The position numbers were made by a program, and so were the translations under genes. Shown piece by piece: positions 1 to 11,706 of a DNA stretch of 64,000 bases; within the stretch, counting starts at the first letter, position 1; every line of letters starts with the position of its first letter. The notes under the pieces were generated by a model. The model was not told the DNA's origin, ran no database searches, and saw only the letters and a program-made list of their open reading frames with translations. Source of the DNA: Chlorokybus atmophyticus (Eukaryota > Plantae > Mesostigma and Chlorokybus algae); the NCBI GenBank assembly GCA_009103225.1, contig RHPI01003156.1, forward strand, positions 474,537 to 538,536, read 5' to 3'.

Positions 1-2654
1 GCAGCCATGATGTCGTGAACCAACAGCCAGTACTTCTTCTCTTTGTGCGTGGAGAGTTCTGGATTAGCTTATGAAGGTGTGAAGCCAATGTTCTCCAACT
101 TCTTAGTGAGCCGGATGTGCCATACTTTTTGCGCTTGCTTGAGCTTGTACAAGGCCTTTACTGTAACGGGAAGGTACATTAAATACCCAAAATCGACCAT
201 AAAAGCATTAATTCTTTTGTGGTCAAGTGGGTTGTGACGTTTACAAGGCTGCAAGCAGTGCCTGGTCCTCCCTCCTCATAGCCCTTGGGTTGCTGCATGT
301 CGATCTCCTCCTTCAACTCTCCGCAGAGGAATGCAGTCTTCACATCCAAGTGGTGTAGCTCCCAATCCTCAGCACAAGTGCAAACATGGTGCGCAAGGTT
401 ACAAGCTTACTAGCATGGGCGAACACCTCATTAAAGTCAATGCCCTATTGCTGCAAGTGCCCCTTCACCACCAACCGTGCCTTGTATCTCTCGATGCTGC
501 CTTGCCCATCGCGCTTGATCTTGTACACCCACTTCACCGGTAAGGGCTTCATTTTAAGTGGGACCTTCTCCAGCCTCCATGTGCCGTTGGCGTGCAAGAA
601 TGCTATCTCCTCGTCCATTGCATGCTGCCACAGCTGTGTGTCCAAGGCTGTCATTGCCTCCTCATATGTGGTAGGCTCCTCTTCCTTGGTTATTGCTGTC
701 AAGCTTTTAAAGCGTCCTTCCTCGAGTCTCGTGCTCCTCAGGATGTACTTGGGCTCCTCCGAAACCTCCACGGCTTCTTCCTCGGATGCTTGTTGTTGAG
801 ATTAATAGCTGGTGTCTGTAGTTTGGTTCTCAGGGTGCGGAATGTTGTTGATTGGTGACCCCTCCATGTGGGGGTCCTCCTCCTCCTCCTCAACAACAAC
901 CTCTTGGACATCACCTGTCATCCCTTCCTCCACAAACATCACATCCCTACTCCACCACCACCTTGTGATCTTCCAGCAGCACGCAATAGGCCTTTGAGTT
1001 GAACTCATAGCCAATGAACACGCCTTCTTGCTCTTGGGCGCTTGCTTGTTGTGCAGTTGGTTGGGGATGAGAACATATGCTGTAGAGCTGAAAACGTTCA
1101 ACATAGAGATGTCTGGCCTTTGCTTGGTGAAAAGCTCCCACGGTATCTTTGCTTGAGATGCTTTCGGTGAGCGATTGCCCACATACGCTGCAGTAAGCAG
1201 TGCATCTCCCCACCTATGGTCTTGCATTTGCGTCCACCAGCATTGCTCTGACTATCTCCAACAAGGTTATGTTCAGCCTCTCAGCTGCTCCGTTTCATTG
1301 CGGGGTGTAGGGTGCCGTGTATTGGTGCGTAATCCCGTGCTCAGCCAACCAAGTCTTTAGCTCCTTACTGATATATTCTCCACCTTTGTCTGACCGCACT
1401 GTCACAACCTTCTCGTCTAGATGTTTCTCCATGAGGGTGAGTACCTTCTTCAGCTGTGCCGACACTTTTGACTTTACATGCAGGGGCACCACCACCGCAA
1501 CCTTGCTGCAGTCATCTAGGAATGTACAATACGTGTGCCCTTTAGCAGTTGCAACATGTAGTGGTCCTCATACATCAGAGTGTACCAGTTGCAGAGGCCT
1601 GGTTGTCAAACTTGTGATGCTGGGTATGGCAGTCTTCGTTGCTTCGCCATACACAGGATTCACACAACACCTCTTGCATGGTCTTAAACTTATCCAGCTT
1701 AATGCTGATGCCATCCACTATGTCTTCCTTCACCAGCCTAGTGAGGTTATCATAGCCGAGATGTCCAAGCCGTCGATGCCACAGCGCTGCAGACTCTTTT
1801 GTCGATGCAGCATACCCTTGCACTCCAGCAAGCTTTGCATGATACTCTCCTCCTCCATGATCTTTAACAATCATGTACACGACCCCATCAAACAGTACAC
1901 GCCCATGGTCTCCCTCAAATACAGTTCTAGCCCCAGCTCTTGCAGCAGCACGCACTGCGACTCAATTAACAACCGCTTGGGGAACATATAACACGTTGCG
2001 CAAGCACACTTGCCTCTCAGCTCCAGCAACTCTTCAATTGAGGTGGATGTCGGACAGGATTCCTGTGACAATGCTTAGTGATGGTAGCCAAATTGCGACT
2101 GTCAATGCAGCTAGTGTACCTTATCGGGCTGTCGATGATTCTGTGGTCGCATGAGGCTTTTATAGGCCATTACTGAGGTTATACAAGTAAGGCTATAAGT
2201 CATAACATCTGACATTGCTTGCGCTTTCGTTTTATATAAATTATTAAAACCAATCATAACATAAACTACGCCTAGCAATGCAACATACGAACATCATTAA
2301 TATATGTATTCATGGTATGATATTAACGGTTTTGAACATTATGATAATGTAGTTACCAACGAACTATATGTAATGTAATAAACACGCGCTACGCATGGCT
2401 GTAAATTTTATATAAATATTGAAACTACTTTTATTGTAAATAGTTATAATACTTCCTATATGTATATATATGTTGTTATACATTACTTCAGGTGTATACA
2501 ATTTTGCATATGAAAGGTCGAAATGCATATGTGTACGCGCATTAATGTACTTACAACGATGTATGTACATGAAATTATAGATATGAAGTAATTGCACGGC
2601 TGCAAATTGCGGCCGCAATACGTCGACAATTTTTGCTTGTAAGCTTAAACACAT

Positions 2655-2797
2655 GCACACACACACACACACATATATATATATACATATGTATATATAT
2701 GCATATATACATATGTATATATATGCATATATACATATATATATATGTGTATATATACACATATATGTATACACATATCCATATATACATGTATATA
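2655..2797. repeat. (AC)n/(AT)n-rich microsatellite
   Basis: acacacacac...atatatatat...atatacatat tract read directly. Confidence 0.9.
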
Positions 2798-2803
2798 GAC
2801 CAC

Positions 2804-2910
2804 AAGTGGACAGCCGCAACTGGTCGGCGGCTGTCAAGTTAAAATGTACATGGACAGCCGGCTGTCAATATATACATTGACAGCCGCCGACCATTTGCGA
2901 CTGTTCACTT
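2804..2910. repeat. Inverted repeat (34-bp arms), hairpin or mini-TIR element
   Basis: aagtggacagccgcaactggtcggcggctgtcaa (2804-2837) pairs with ttgacagccgccgaccatttgcgactgttcactt (2877-2910) with 3 mismatches. Confidence 0.8.
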
Positions 2911-3059
2911 TATGGTAAGTGGCGACAGTCGGTGCGGCCTGTCATTTTGATGATACACACTATGTACAATGTATCTATGTACAATCATACATGTACTAAC
3001 AATACTTTAGTCATGGTACAAGTGTAGCGCGCCTTGCAGGGGCCGCCAACCAGCAACAT

Positions 3060-3356
3060 TGCTGGTCCATGCCGCCCCATACATGGTGCGGCACGGACCA
3101 TGTACGGTGCGCGGCTGCCGGGCCGCTGAGCCGCGGGCCCGCTCCTGGTCCGCATCCAGGACCAGCGTAGAGTACTGGTCCGTGCCGCACCAAACAAGGT
3201 GCGGCACGGACCATGTGTGGTCCGCGTTTGCGCGCCAGGTATTGGGGCCCCAAAAAGACCATGGACGGTCCGTCCCTCGCGGACCAGACACTCGTGGTCC
3301 GCGGGGACGGACCATGTATGGCCCGCGGGGTCCGTGGAAGGACCATGCATGGTCCT
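3060..3356. repeat. Cluster of GGACCATG/TGGTCC motifs in both orientations, inserted in the copia between gag and protease
   Basis: About 10 copies of ggacca/tggtcc, including the palindrome ggaccatgcatggtcc. GC-rich and not copia-like. Confidence 0.6.
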
Positions 3357-4307
3357 TGAACGTCAAGCCGTGTGCAATGCCATGGGTTCCGCACTTTTGT
3401 TGTCGTCTCCACCACCCTTCGTCTTCTCTTTCTCCATTGACCACAGCCGGCACTCCTCATCTTAAAGTGGCCCTTCTTCCCACAATGATGACACTTGAGG
3501 GTCTTCTTGTAGTCTTTCCCCTTCTTGCTGCCACCGTTGTACGAGCCTCCTCCTCCACCCTAACTTCTTTTTTTAAGCTTGAAGCAGCAAACGCCACCAA
3601 ATCTGCTTCGTCCCTTCTCTTACTTGTCTTTTCTTCTTGTTGAAGCAGCATGGGCAGCACCACATGAAGCTTAAGTTCTTCCCTTTGCGTTACAAGCACG
3701 GTCACCACCATGTCGTACCATATCGTACTCCTCAGAGAGAAAGACCGGAGAGGATAGCCCAACCCAGCTCCACCTCCTTCACCTCGTGGCCTATCGAGGT
3801 GAGGTCTTTCCACAGCTCTCTTGCTCGTCCCATGTACTTGGAGATAGGCTCCGCTGATTCCTTCTTTAGCGCGTTCAGCTGCCTCCTCAGCTGCAGCTTC
3901 CTTGCATTGTTGCTTGCTTTCAACGTGTCTGCCAGCTTCCGCCACGCTTCCTTGGCATGCTCACGCTCATCAAGTATCACAACATGGTGATCTTTCACGT
4001 TTAAGAACAGCAATACAAGTGCCTTTACACTCTTTTGCATTCACACACTCTGCGTACCCTCTACAGGTGCGTCACCGTTGGGATCGGCATACTTCCACAA
4101 ACCTTTGTGCTTCACAAGCGCCTTCATTTTTATGCTCCATGTGCTGCAGTTCTCCAGGTCCAAAGATGCTACCAACAACTTGACGCTTGAGTCTTCATCT
4201 TCTGCCATTTTGTCACGTCTTATTCAAAGGTGTTCCGCAAGTAGCAGTTACGCTCAGCTTCTCCACTAGCTGTAGTGTTGTCTCCTCTCTTGAACCACTA
4301 GCAGTGT

Positions 4308-4319
4308 GGGCTCATAACA
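4308..4319 (-). promoter_or_regulatory. Primer-binding site of the half-tRNA(iMet) type
   Basis: Minus strand reads TGTTATGAGCCC directly after the LTR; the canonical half-tRNA PBS is GGTTATGAGCCC. Confidence 0.75.
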
Positions 4320-4712
4320 TGTTGAACATTGAGCTAGCGCTGGCCAACTACAGCATGCACATGCACCAGAACATACACACGAGGCGTGCACACAAGGCTT
4401 GCAAAAGGGGTTTCACGCGAATCAACAACTTGTTTATTCGCTGACCTTTATACCAGTCAGACTACACATGTCTACTTTAGCAAGCACCGTGTGAGCTGTA
4501 CTCAGCAGATTGCTAATATGTAAGCTTAGCTGTCTAGCTTACTGCCAAAGCTTTTTATATAGCTCAGCCACGTCCCCTAAGGCTTGGTATACGCGGAGTT
4601 TTCTCGCCGTCCTCTCAAGGCATTGGTTGCGTCAGGTTGCGCCAGCCTCATAAGCAAGTCCGGAGTCTCCTGCTTGGTCATACTCCGCGTAGTGGACTCG
4701 ATATTTGCAACA
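4320..4712 (-). repeat. 5' LTR of the copia element (393 bp, TGTTG...CAACA)
   Basis: TGTTG/CAACA termini, immediately adjacent PBS, and a diverged second copy at 10314-10676. Confidence 0.88.
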
Positions 4713-5688
4713 GACTCATGACTAATCGATTTCAGCTTATACTAGTAGCGGTATGTCTACGGCTCATGCTAACGGTTACATTGTCGTTAATCAAGTGTGG
4801 TATAAACATATGTACTTTGGGCCGGCGTCATAGTGGGTATATGCCTCCCCCCGGGGCTGCTTGGTTTACATACAAGCAAGCTGTAAACTCTGAGAGGTCC
4901 ACCACTAGCAAGTCATCCACATATCTCAGCACGTTCCTGGCAAATCTAAGGGCCAGTGGTCTCTGCCCACTTCCCATCAACTTGTCAATGAAATCCAACT
5001 CACAGGTTAGCAAATTATAGTTTGCAATATATACCCTGACACAATTGCCCATTGGTATACCAATAACGTATTCATGCAACTGATCTTGTGCTGTCTGCAC
5101 AAGACAGCACAAGATCAGGTACGCAGTATGAACCGCAACATGTTGTGCAAATCAGCTATTGTAGACACTTTGATCCGGCCCTCTCAAGTGACTGTTGTGC
5201 CTCTCACCCACATGTGCATGGCATCACCTGTTTGCACGTTAATATGCAAGTGCACATTTTGTTGAGTACGCAATAAGCAAAAATCTTATTCACCAAGTCT
5301 TGCATACGGTGCAGTAAGTCTTGGTGCGCGAGGTTTGTAAATAAAGTGGTGAAATCAAATGTTAGCATGTGCAACTTCTCACGCTTGTCGACAGCAACTC
5401 TTGAATTATCGAAGTGCTGTTGCAACCTGAAGAAGCCCATGAAGCTCAGCGGTCACTTGGAGAGGGTATCCATGTCTGCAGTGGGTACGCCCAATGCCTT
5501 GCTCCACTCGCAAGTCAAAACCTCTGTCATAGCTTTATACGAGCGAGTGAGCCACAGCGATGCATCAGCCACTATTGTGTTAAGAGTAGCAGCAATAAAT
5601 CCAAGTGCGCATGGATCCTTATGCAATTTGATCAATATATATAGGTGTGGCAAACGTGCAGGCACTCCCTGTGTGTTGTGAAGGAAGC
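4713..5688 (-). pseudogene. Penelope-like element (Naiad/Chlamys-type) reverse transcriptase, core part
   Basis: Motifs 'PHLYILIKLHKDP', 'LTFDFTTLFTNLAH', 'GIPMG...IANY' and 'RYVDDLL', in frameshifted pieces. Confidence 0.8.
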
Positions 5689-6020
5689 TTTAAGGAGAGG
5701 GGGTGCTATCTCCTCCCTTCAATCCCTACCCCAACACTGCCACCAGCCACACAGTCGCCGACACCGCCATCGGGGGCAATTGCCAAGAAGATCCCTTGAC
5801 TATGGCGGATGCTGCGTTAGCAATGCCGCCATACAGCTGATATTAACATGAGACTAATGTTTCATGTCGATACCAGTGTTACAGATAAGTAACGCTACAT
5901 TAGGGCCTAGGTCAACGGCCCTAATACGGCTTAATTGGCTGTATTTACCCGTTGGAACCCTTATTTAATTAATCCTAAGTAAAGGGCGGGGAACCTCTAT
6001 AGAGGTAGCACTCCATTACA
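5689..6020 (-). repeat. gypsy 3' LTR
   Basis: Homologous to 13107-13433; ends ...TTACA; start mutated to TTTAA. Confidence 0.85.
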
Positions 6021-7257
6021 TTCCCATCACTTGGGTTTTTATGTTCTCATTAAAGGGTTAGCAAAGCCCTACCATAAGAAGTGAGAACAAAAGCAGCGAG
6101 AGAACCAGGGCCGAGCGGTAGAGTTGTCTGCCAGCACCCTTTATTGTCCGCGTGTGGACACAGAACTCCAGTACCCCCAAAGGCTCTCTTGACAGTTGGT
6201 CAGATTCCTTCCAGGCTCCCACGTGTTGTGCTCAACACCATATCCTTTCCATTTCACCAAGTGAGACGTCGCACGTCCGCATCGTGGCTTACGGTGACTC
6301 ATGATTGCTTGAAGTCTCGGCGCCATCCACTACAACGGGGGTGGAGGAGGTTGAACCCGACCGTCGGATTGGTACGGTTTCAGTACACTCACATGAAACA
6401 TATTGTGAATGCGTATCGACTTTGGCAAGTCTAACCGGTACGCGTGAGTGCTGATCAGATGCATCACTTTGAAAGGGCCTATCAAGTGAGGGAAAAGCTT
6501 GCGGGTACCCACTCCCGTGATGGATATGTTTGTGACATGTAAAAGCACTGAACAGCCCACATTGTAATTGGCCTCTCTACGATGCGCATTGGCTTGGGCT
6601 TTTTGTGTGTCCAACGCTGCGCGTAGACAGTCCTTTGCCAATGCTAACTTATTCTGCATGGCCAAAGCCATTTCGCGCGCTGCAGGTACGCGAATTATGT
6701 GATTAGCGGGCAACTTGATGTTCGCATGACCCAATGGATGCACTCCGTAACTGAAAAGAAGGAGTTTCTTGCACTCTCTTGCCATGCATTATTATCACAA
6801 TTGGAAACTCAGCCATCGGGAGATGGACATCGCAATCACTTTGTTTCGGACTTACATGATGCCAAATGGTTCCCTCAATCACTTTATTGGCGCGCTCTGT
6901 CTGACCATCCGTCTGCGGATGGTAAGCTGTGCTCATGTTTTGTTGAATCTGTAAACAGCTGCATAGCGACCTCTAGAATTAAGCCACAAGGCATGCATTG
7001 CGACAAGACACAAAGTTGCCACGTAAGCCATGCAACTTGAACACAGACGTGACAAAAGCCATCACCAACTGACGGGAGCCTATTTCTGTGCGACAAGGGA
7101 TAATGTGAACCATTTTTGGTAAACGGCCCACAAAAACTACAACCGTAGCGTGACCTAATTGCTGTCTCTGGAAGCTCAGTAATTAAGTCCATATTCACAC
7201 TTTCCCATTTGCCACCATGAACAGGCAATGGTCGCAGCAACCCCGCGGGTTTTTAAC

Positions 7258-7889
7258 TGTTACGACAAGGGTCCGGCCATCTTAGCCATAAAAGACCATG
7301 GTTGTAATTATGGCTATTTCTGTTCTTATGTATTACGCCCAGCTCGCTTGCTGCCGTAACACACCTCCCCATCAAAACCTAGCACGCCCTCGTGCGTATC
7401 CTTATAGGGATTCTCAGCCCTCCGCCTCGCGGGCGACCGAGCTGTCTCGACCAACGCTTCTCTCGGCCGGCGCCTCTTGCGCGACTCGACGCGACTTGCC
7501 CAGCCCGCGTTGTCGTTCTTGAGATCCTCGATCTCGTTCTTGTTCGCACGCTGGCAAACATTCTCGCCCGCACGCTGGCGAACGTTCTAGCGACCGGCCA
7601 TGCCGCGTCGCGTTCTTGCCGTCCCCTAACCGCGACTTGCTCAAGGTCGCGGGTCTTTCCTACCTACGGCTTGCCCAAGGCCGCGGGTTCATCCATCCCC
7701 GGATCTTTGCCAACCGAAAAATCGCCACTCTATCCCCCTTGGGAGTCGAGCCCACGACCTTTAGGTTGTCAGCTCCGATACCAATTGTTACGACAAGGGT
7801 CCGGCCATCTTAGCCATAAAAGACCATGGTTGTAATTATGGCTATTTTTGTTCTTATGTATTACGCCCAGCTCGCTTGCTGCCGTAACA
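7258..7889 (-). mobile_element. TRIM (terminal-repeat retrotransposon in miniature), 632 bp, inserted in the gypsy integrase
   Basis: 104-bp LTRs at 7258-7361 and 7786-7889 differing at one base, with TGTTACG...CGTAACA ends. PBS TGGTATCGGAGC (7772-7783), PPT GATGGGGAGGTG (7362-7373), near-TSD TTAAC/CTAAC, non-coding interior. Confidence 0.92.
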
Positions 7890-10313
7890 CTAACATAGTA
7901 GCGTATTACGCGTGTAAGCATACCGCTTTACGTTAACATGCAACAATGCCCGCAAATGCAATCGTTGCGCTGCCTCAACAGCCTTGCGACTGCTAAACTG
8001 AACAGCGTGGTGCATCGTGTACATCAGCTATGCATTTCACACGCAATTCAGCATGATCTGATATGACCAAATTGGTGGCCATATATTACATGTTGTCTCG
8101 TTTGTCAAGCTTTTGCACATTGTCCTATGACGAAAACAAGGACCAAAAGCATACCCTTGCACAACACCTAGCACAAACTCATCATTAAGTGGCAATGTAC
8201 CGCCTGTCGCAAGCCATTGCGCACGCATAATTGCCAACAATGACGGACATCGACTCAGAGGATAAGCAACATTGGCTCTGCTTGGCCGGCTCAATCAAAG
8301 GTCAAGCGGGACAAAAAATTATTCCAGCGAGCTTGCCTTCGTGACAAGTTTTGCTGTGTTTAAACATACACCAATGGATTACGATCAGGCACCACTGTGA
8401 ACTGAAACCCCTCCAAGTAACATTGCTATAATTTTAAAGCATGTACTATACCAAGCAACTCCTGCTTAATGGTAGTGCAATTCACCTCTGCTGAGACGAA
8501 CTACCTACTCTCATAAGCACATGGTCTGCCATCTTGCAGCAGTAATGCACCACACCCAACGGTGAACGCATTGTTAACCACAGTAAAATGCTTGTCCCAA
8601 TTTGGCAATGCCAACACTGGAGCTGAAGTCAAAACTAGCTTTGCATGTTGCATAGCTTCTTGTGCAGCTGTTTACAAGAATGGTGCATCTTTTCGCAACA
8701 GTTTTGTCAAAGGCACCACCACTGTGGAGTACCCCATCATAAACTTGCAAAAGTAATTTGCCAATCCCAAGAATGATTGCAGCTGATGGATATTCTTGGG
8801 TTGAGGCCAATCCTTCACAACTTGCACTTTGCGAGGGTCGGGTTTAACACCCGCACCGCTCGCAATGTGCCTCGAGAATGGCAACTCCGTCTTGCATAAG
8901 TAACACTTTTCAAGATCGGCATGCACGCAACAAGGCGAACACCGCTTCCAAGTGCTGCTTATGCTCTTCTTTGGTTTTACTAAAGACAATGATGTCATCA
9001 AACCAAACCACAACATACTTGCCAAATATGCCACCCAAAATCTTATTCATTTCCTTTTGAAATACTGCGAGCGCATTAGCCAATCAAAAAGGACACTTTG
9101 TATTGATGATGCCCTGAAGGTGTTTATAATGCTGTCTTGTAAACATCAAAATTAAAATGAATCCAGAGATGATGATACCCACTTATCAGATCTAGCGTAC
9201 TAAAGTATGCATTTCTCAACAATGTATCAAACACATTATTAATATGGGGCAACGGGTATCGATTCTTTACCATGATCTTGTTCAAAGCACGGTCATCCAC
9301 ACACATCCGCTGCTTTTCATTCTTTTTAATCACAAAAATAATGGGCGCGCCACAGGGTGAAGAACTCGGTTCAATTAATCTCTTTTTCTAATAACTCCTC
9401 AATTCGAGTTTCCACTTCCCCCCTCTCTCTCGGGGGCTCAGCCTATATATGCGCAAAAATAGAGGCTCACTATCAGGAATAAGTGGGATTGTGTGTGCGA
9501 CATCTCGATTAGGAGGTTGGCCTATCTACTTATCTGAGAACACATCTTGGTACTTCTCAGTGATGTCTACAACACCTAGATTTCGGCACAAAGTCGCCCG
9601 ACAACGTCAAGTGTACAAAACATCTGATGTGGTTTTGCGCAATGCACGTTTCACTTGCAGTGCAGTGAGTAGCACATGTTCCGACTGCTTGTGTTAAAAG
9701 CTATGTGACCCTTTCTTAGACAATGTTACACGCTTACGACCTTTTTCCAATGTGCACAAGTGTGCGCCGGTATCCATTGTCATTTTTATCCCTATACCAC
9801 AACAACACCTGATATGTCGATGATACCCGCTATGAAAGTGAGAGTGGCATGATGATTACGAGCTTTTACCTTCATTTTGACTTCCCCTTTCACTGGATCC
9901 CCTGCACCGGCAGCTGAAAGTGCTGAGGGTTTACACGCTATCTTGTTGCGCACAACCCATTGTTCTTTAACGAAGTTGTGTAATGCACCAGTGCAATGCA
10001 CCAGTGTCAATCGAGAACGGTTTGTTTACACCCCGAATTGTGCCATTGAATGTCCACAACAGAAGTACCACCCATCCTTGAAATGTAGTCAAGAGTCCGT
10101 GACCAATGTGAGTGTTGATTAATATTGCTGACAACCGCACTGTCCCTGTTACACGCTTGCCAAATTGCTTCCCCCCCCCCCCGTCTTGTGATGTGCAAAG
10201 AGTGCAACACACAAGTGTAAAAACATAAGCATTGCACAAGTTGAGAGTGACTTGTGTGTAAGCTAGTGTGCTGCCATAGCAAGAGTGACATTCACAATTG
10301 CATTGCGAGTTAC

Positions 10314-10676
10314 TGTTGAACATTGAGCTAGCGCTAGCCAACTACAGCATGCACATGCACCAGAATATACACACGAGGCATGCACACAAGGCTTGCAAAA
10401 GGGTTTTCACCCGAACCAACAACTTAATTGGATTCCGCTGGCATTAATACCATCCAGACTACACATGTCTACTTCAGCAAGCACCGCGTGAGCTATATAT
10501 ATACTCAGCAGATTGCCAATATATATAAGCGTAGCTATCTTGCTTACAGCCGAAGCTTTTCAACAAGTTAAGCCACGCCTCTTAAGGCTTGCTATATGCG
10601 AAGTTCTCGCCATTCTCTCAAGGCGTTGGCTGCGTTCGGCTGCGCCAGCCTCATAAGCAAGTCCGGANATGCAACA
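10314..10676 (-). mobile_element. Solo LTR of the same copia family as 4320-4712
   Basis: Colinear homology to the LTR at 4320-4712, TGTTG...CAACA ends, single N at 10668 where about 39 bp are missing. Confidence 0.82.
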
Positions 10677-11127
10677 CATTGGTAAACATGTTGAATTTCA
10701 CATGTATCAGCATACAAGCATTTTCTTTCACTTTTTCAACATCAAAGAGTGGCAACTGGTCATGTGCTTGCCATGCATGTGTCATTGCATGCACTTGGGA
10801 CAGATCATCAAACCAGATTGCTGCTTGCATCTCAAGCAACTGGCTACCAACTGCATCTACATCAGTCACGGCGTAATCCTATTCAACCTTCTTGGCCTTG
10901 CCCTTCTTGGCGGGGCAGTTCTTTCGCAATGTGGCCCGGCTGGTGACAGACGTAACAAGTGCGAGCCGCAGCGGGTGTAGCACGACTAGTAGATGTGCCA
11001 CTGGTGGGAGGCGTGACTGCTTCGCCTTCTTTGCCGTGCGCACTCCGCTAAGGGTAACGCTTTCCTCCCACCCCTTGCGGCTTGGCCGCAGCTGCCACAT
11101 GTGCCTTCTCTTGCACCGCCGTGCATA

Positions 11128-11706
11128 GTAACAAAGTATGCAACTTTCGGCAAAATGATACGTAATAGTACGCGTATAGCAAGCAGTTGTCAATAACGGT
11201 GAAAGTACGTCAAATAGTACAGTATTAAGCTAAAGTAGTAGGTCATTTTCCGTAAATGACCGTAGACTGCGCATCAAACGGCCTTCATATGTGCCGCGCG
11301 CGCGACCTGTCATGTTGCGGGAGGCGCGGCAGCGCCGTGGGACTCACCTCACCTATCGGCACTGCAATTGATAAAGCATTTTGAGAAAGTGTTATGATAT
11401 TTTGTAACAGCATGTTGTGTAAAAGTTTTACCATAAAAAATGACTTTCATCATATCAATTCATTGGTGGATTAAACGCTGAATTGTAATGCATTGTGATA
11501 CACAAAGAGTTGCCCATCACTAGTTTGCACATATATTGCACCACAAACATTATGGATATATTTGTATTATGCATGGACAAGATATGAGATACATACTGGC
11601 CAACACACTATGGACAAAGTACAAAACAAACAAATACGCGTACTTTGCATATCACGTAAAAATACGCGTATTACGTACTTTGTCATTTTGCCTGATATGT
11701 TATTAC
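11128..11706. mobile_element. Probable non-autonomous TIR element (MITE) in gypsy gag
   Basis: Imperfect inverted ends (gtaacaaag...ggcaaaatga...tacgtaata...cgcgtat at both ends) flanked by TA; interrupts gag-like frames. Confidence 0.5.

Larger units (their letters stand above)
1..4712 (-). mobile_element. Ty1/copia LTR retrotransposon, degenerate; 3' part runs off the window start
   Basis: Minus-strand ORF fragments in copia order: gag (3457-4207, 'LRRQLNALKKESAEPISKYMGRA'), protease remnant ('NVLYVP'), GAG-pre-integrase ('LWHRRLGHLG'), integrase ('VRSDKGGEY', 'YTAPYTPQ') and RT ('WQHAMDEEI...KWVYKIK...YKARLVVKG'). LTR at 4320-4712. Many frameshifts and stops. Confidence 0.93.

Noticed and set aside
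2985-3460. Overlapping ORFs on both strands
   Set aside because: A by-product of GC-rich palindromic repeats that lack stop codons.
7730-7790. tRNA gene in the TRIM
   Set aside because: Only the T-arm and variable loop resemble tRNA; the anticodon and acceptor stems do not pair.
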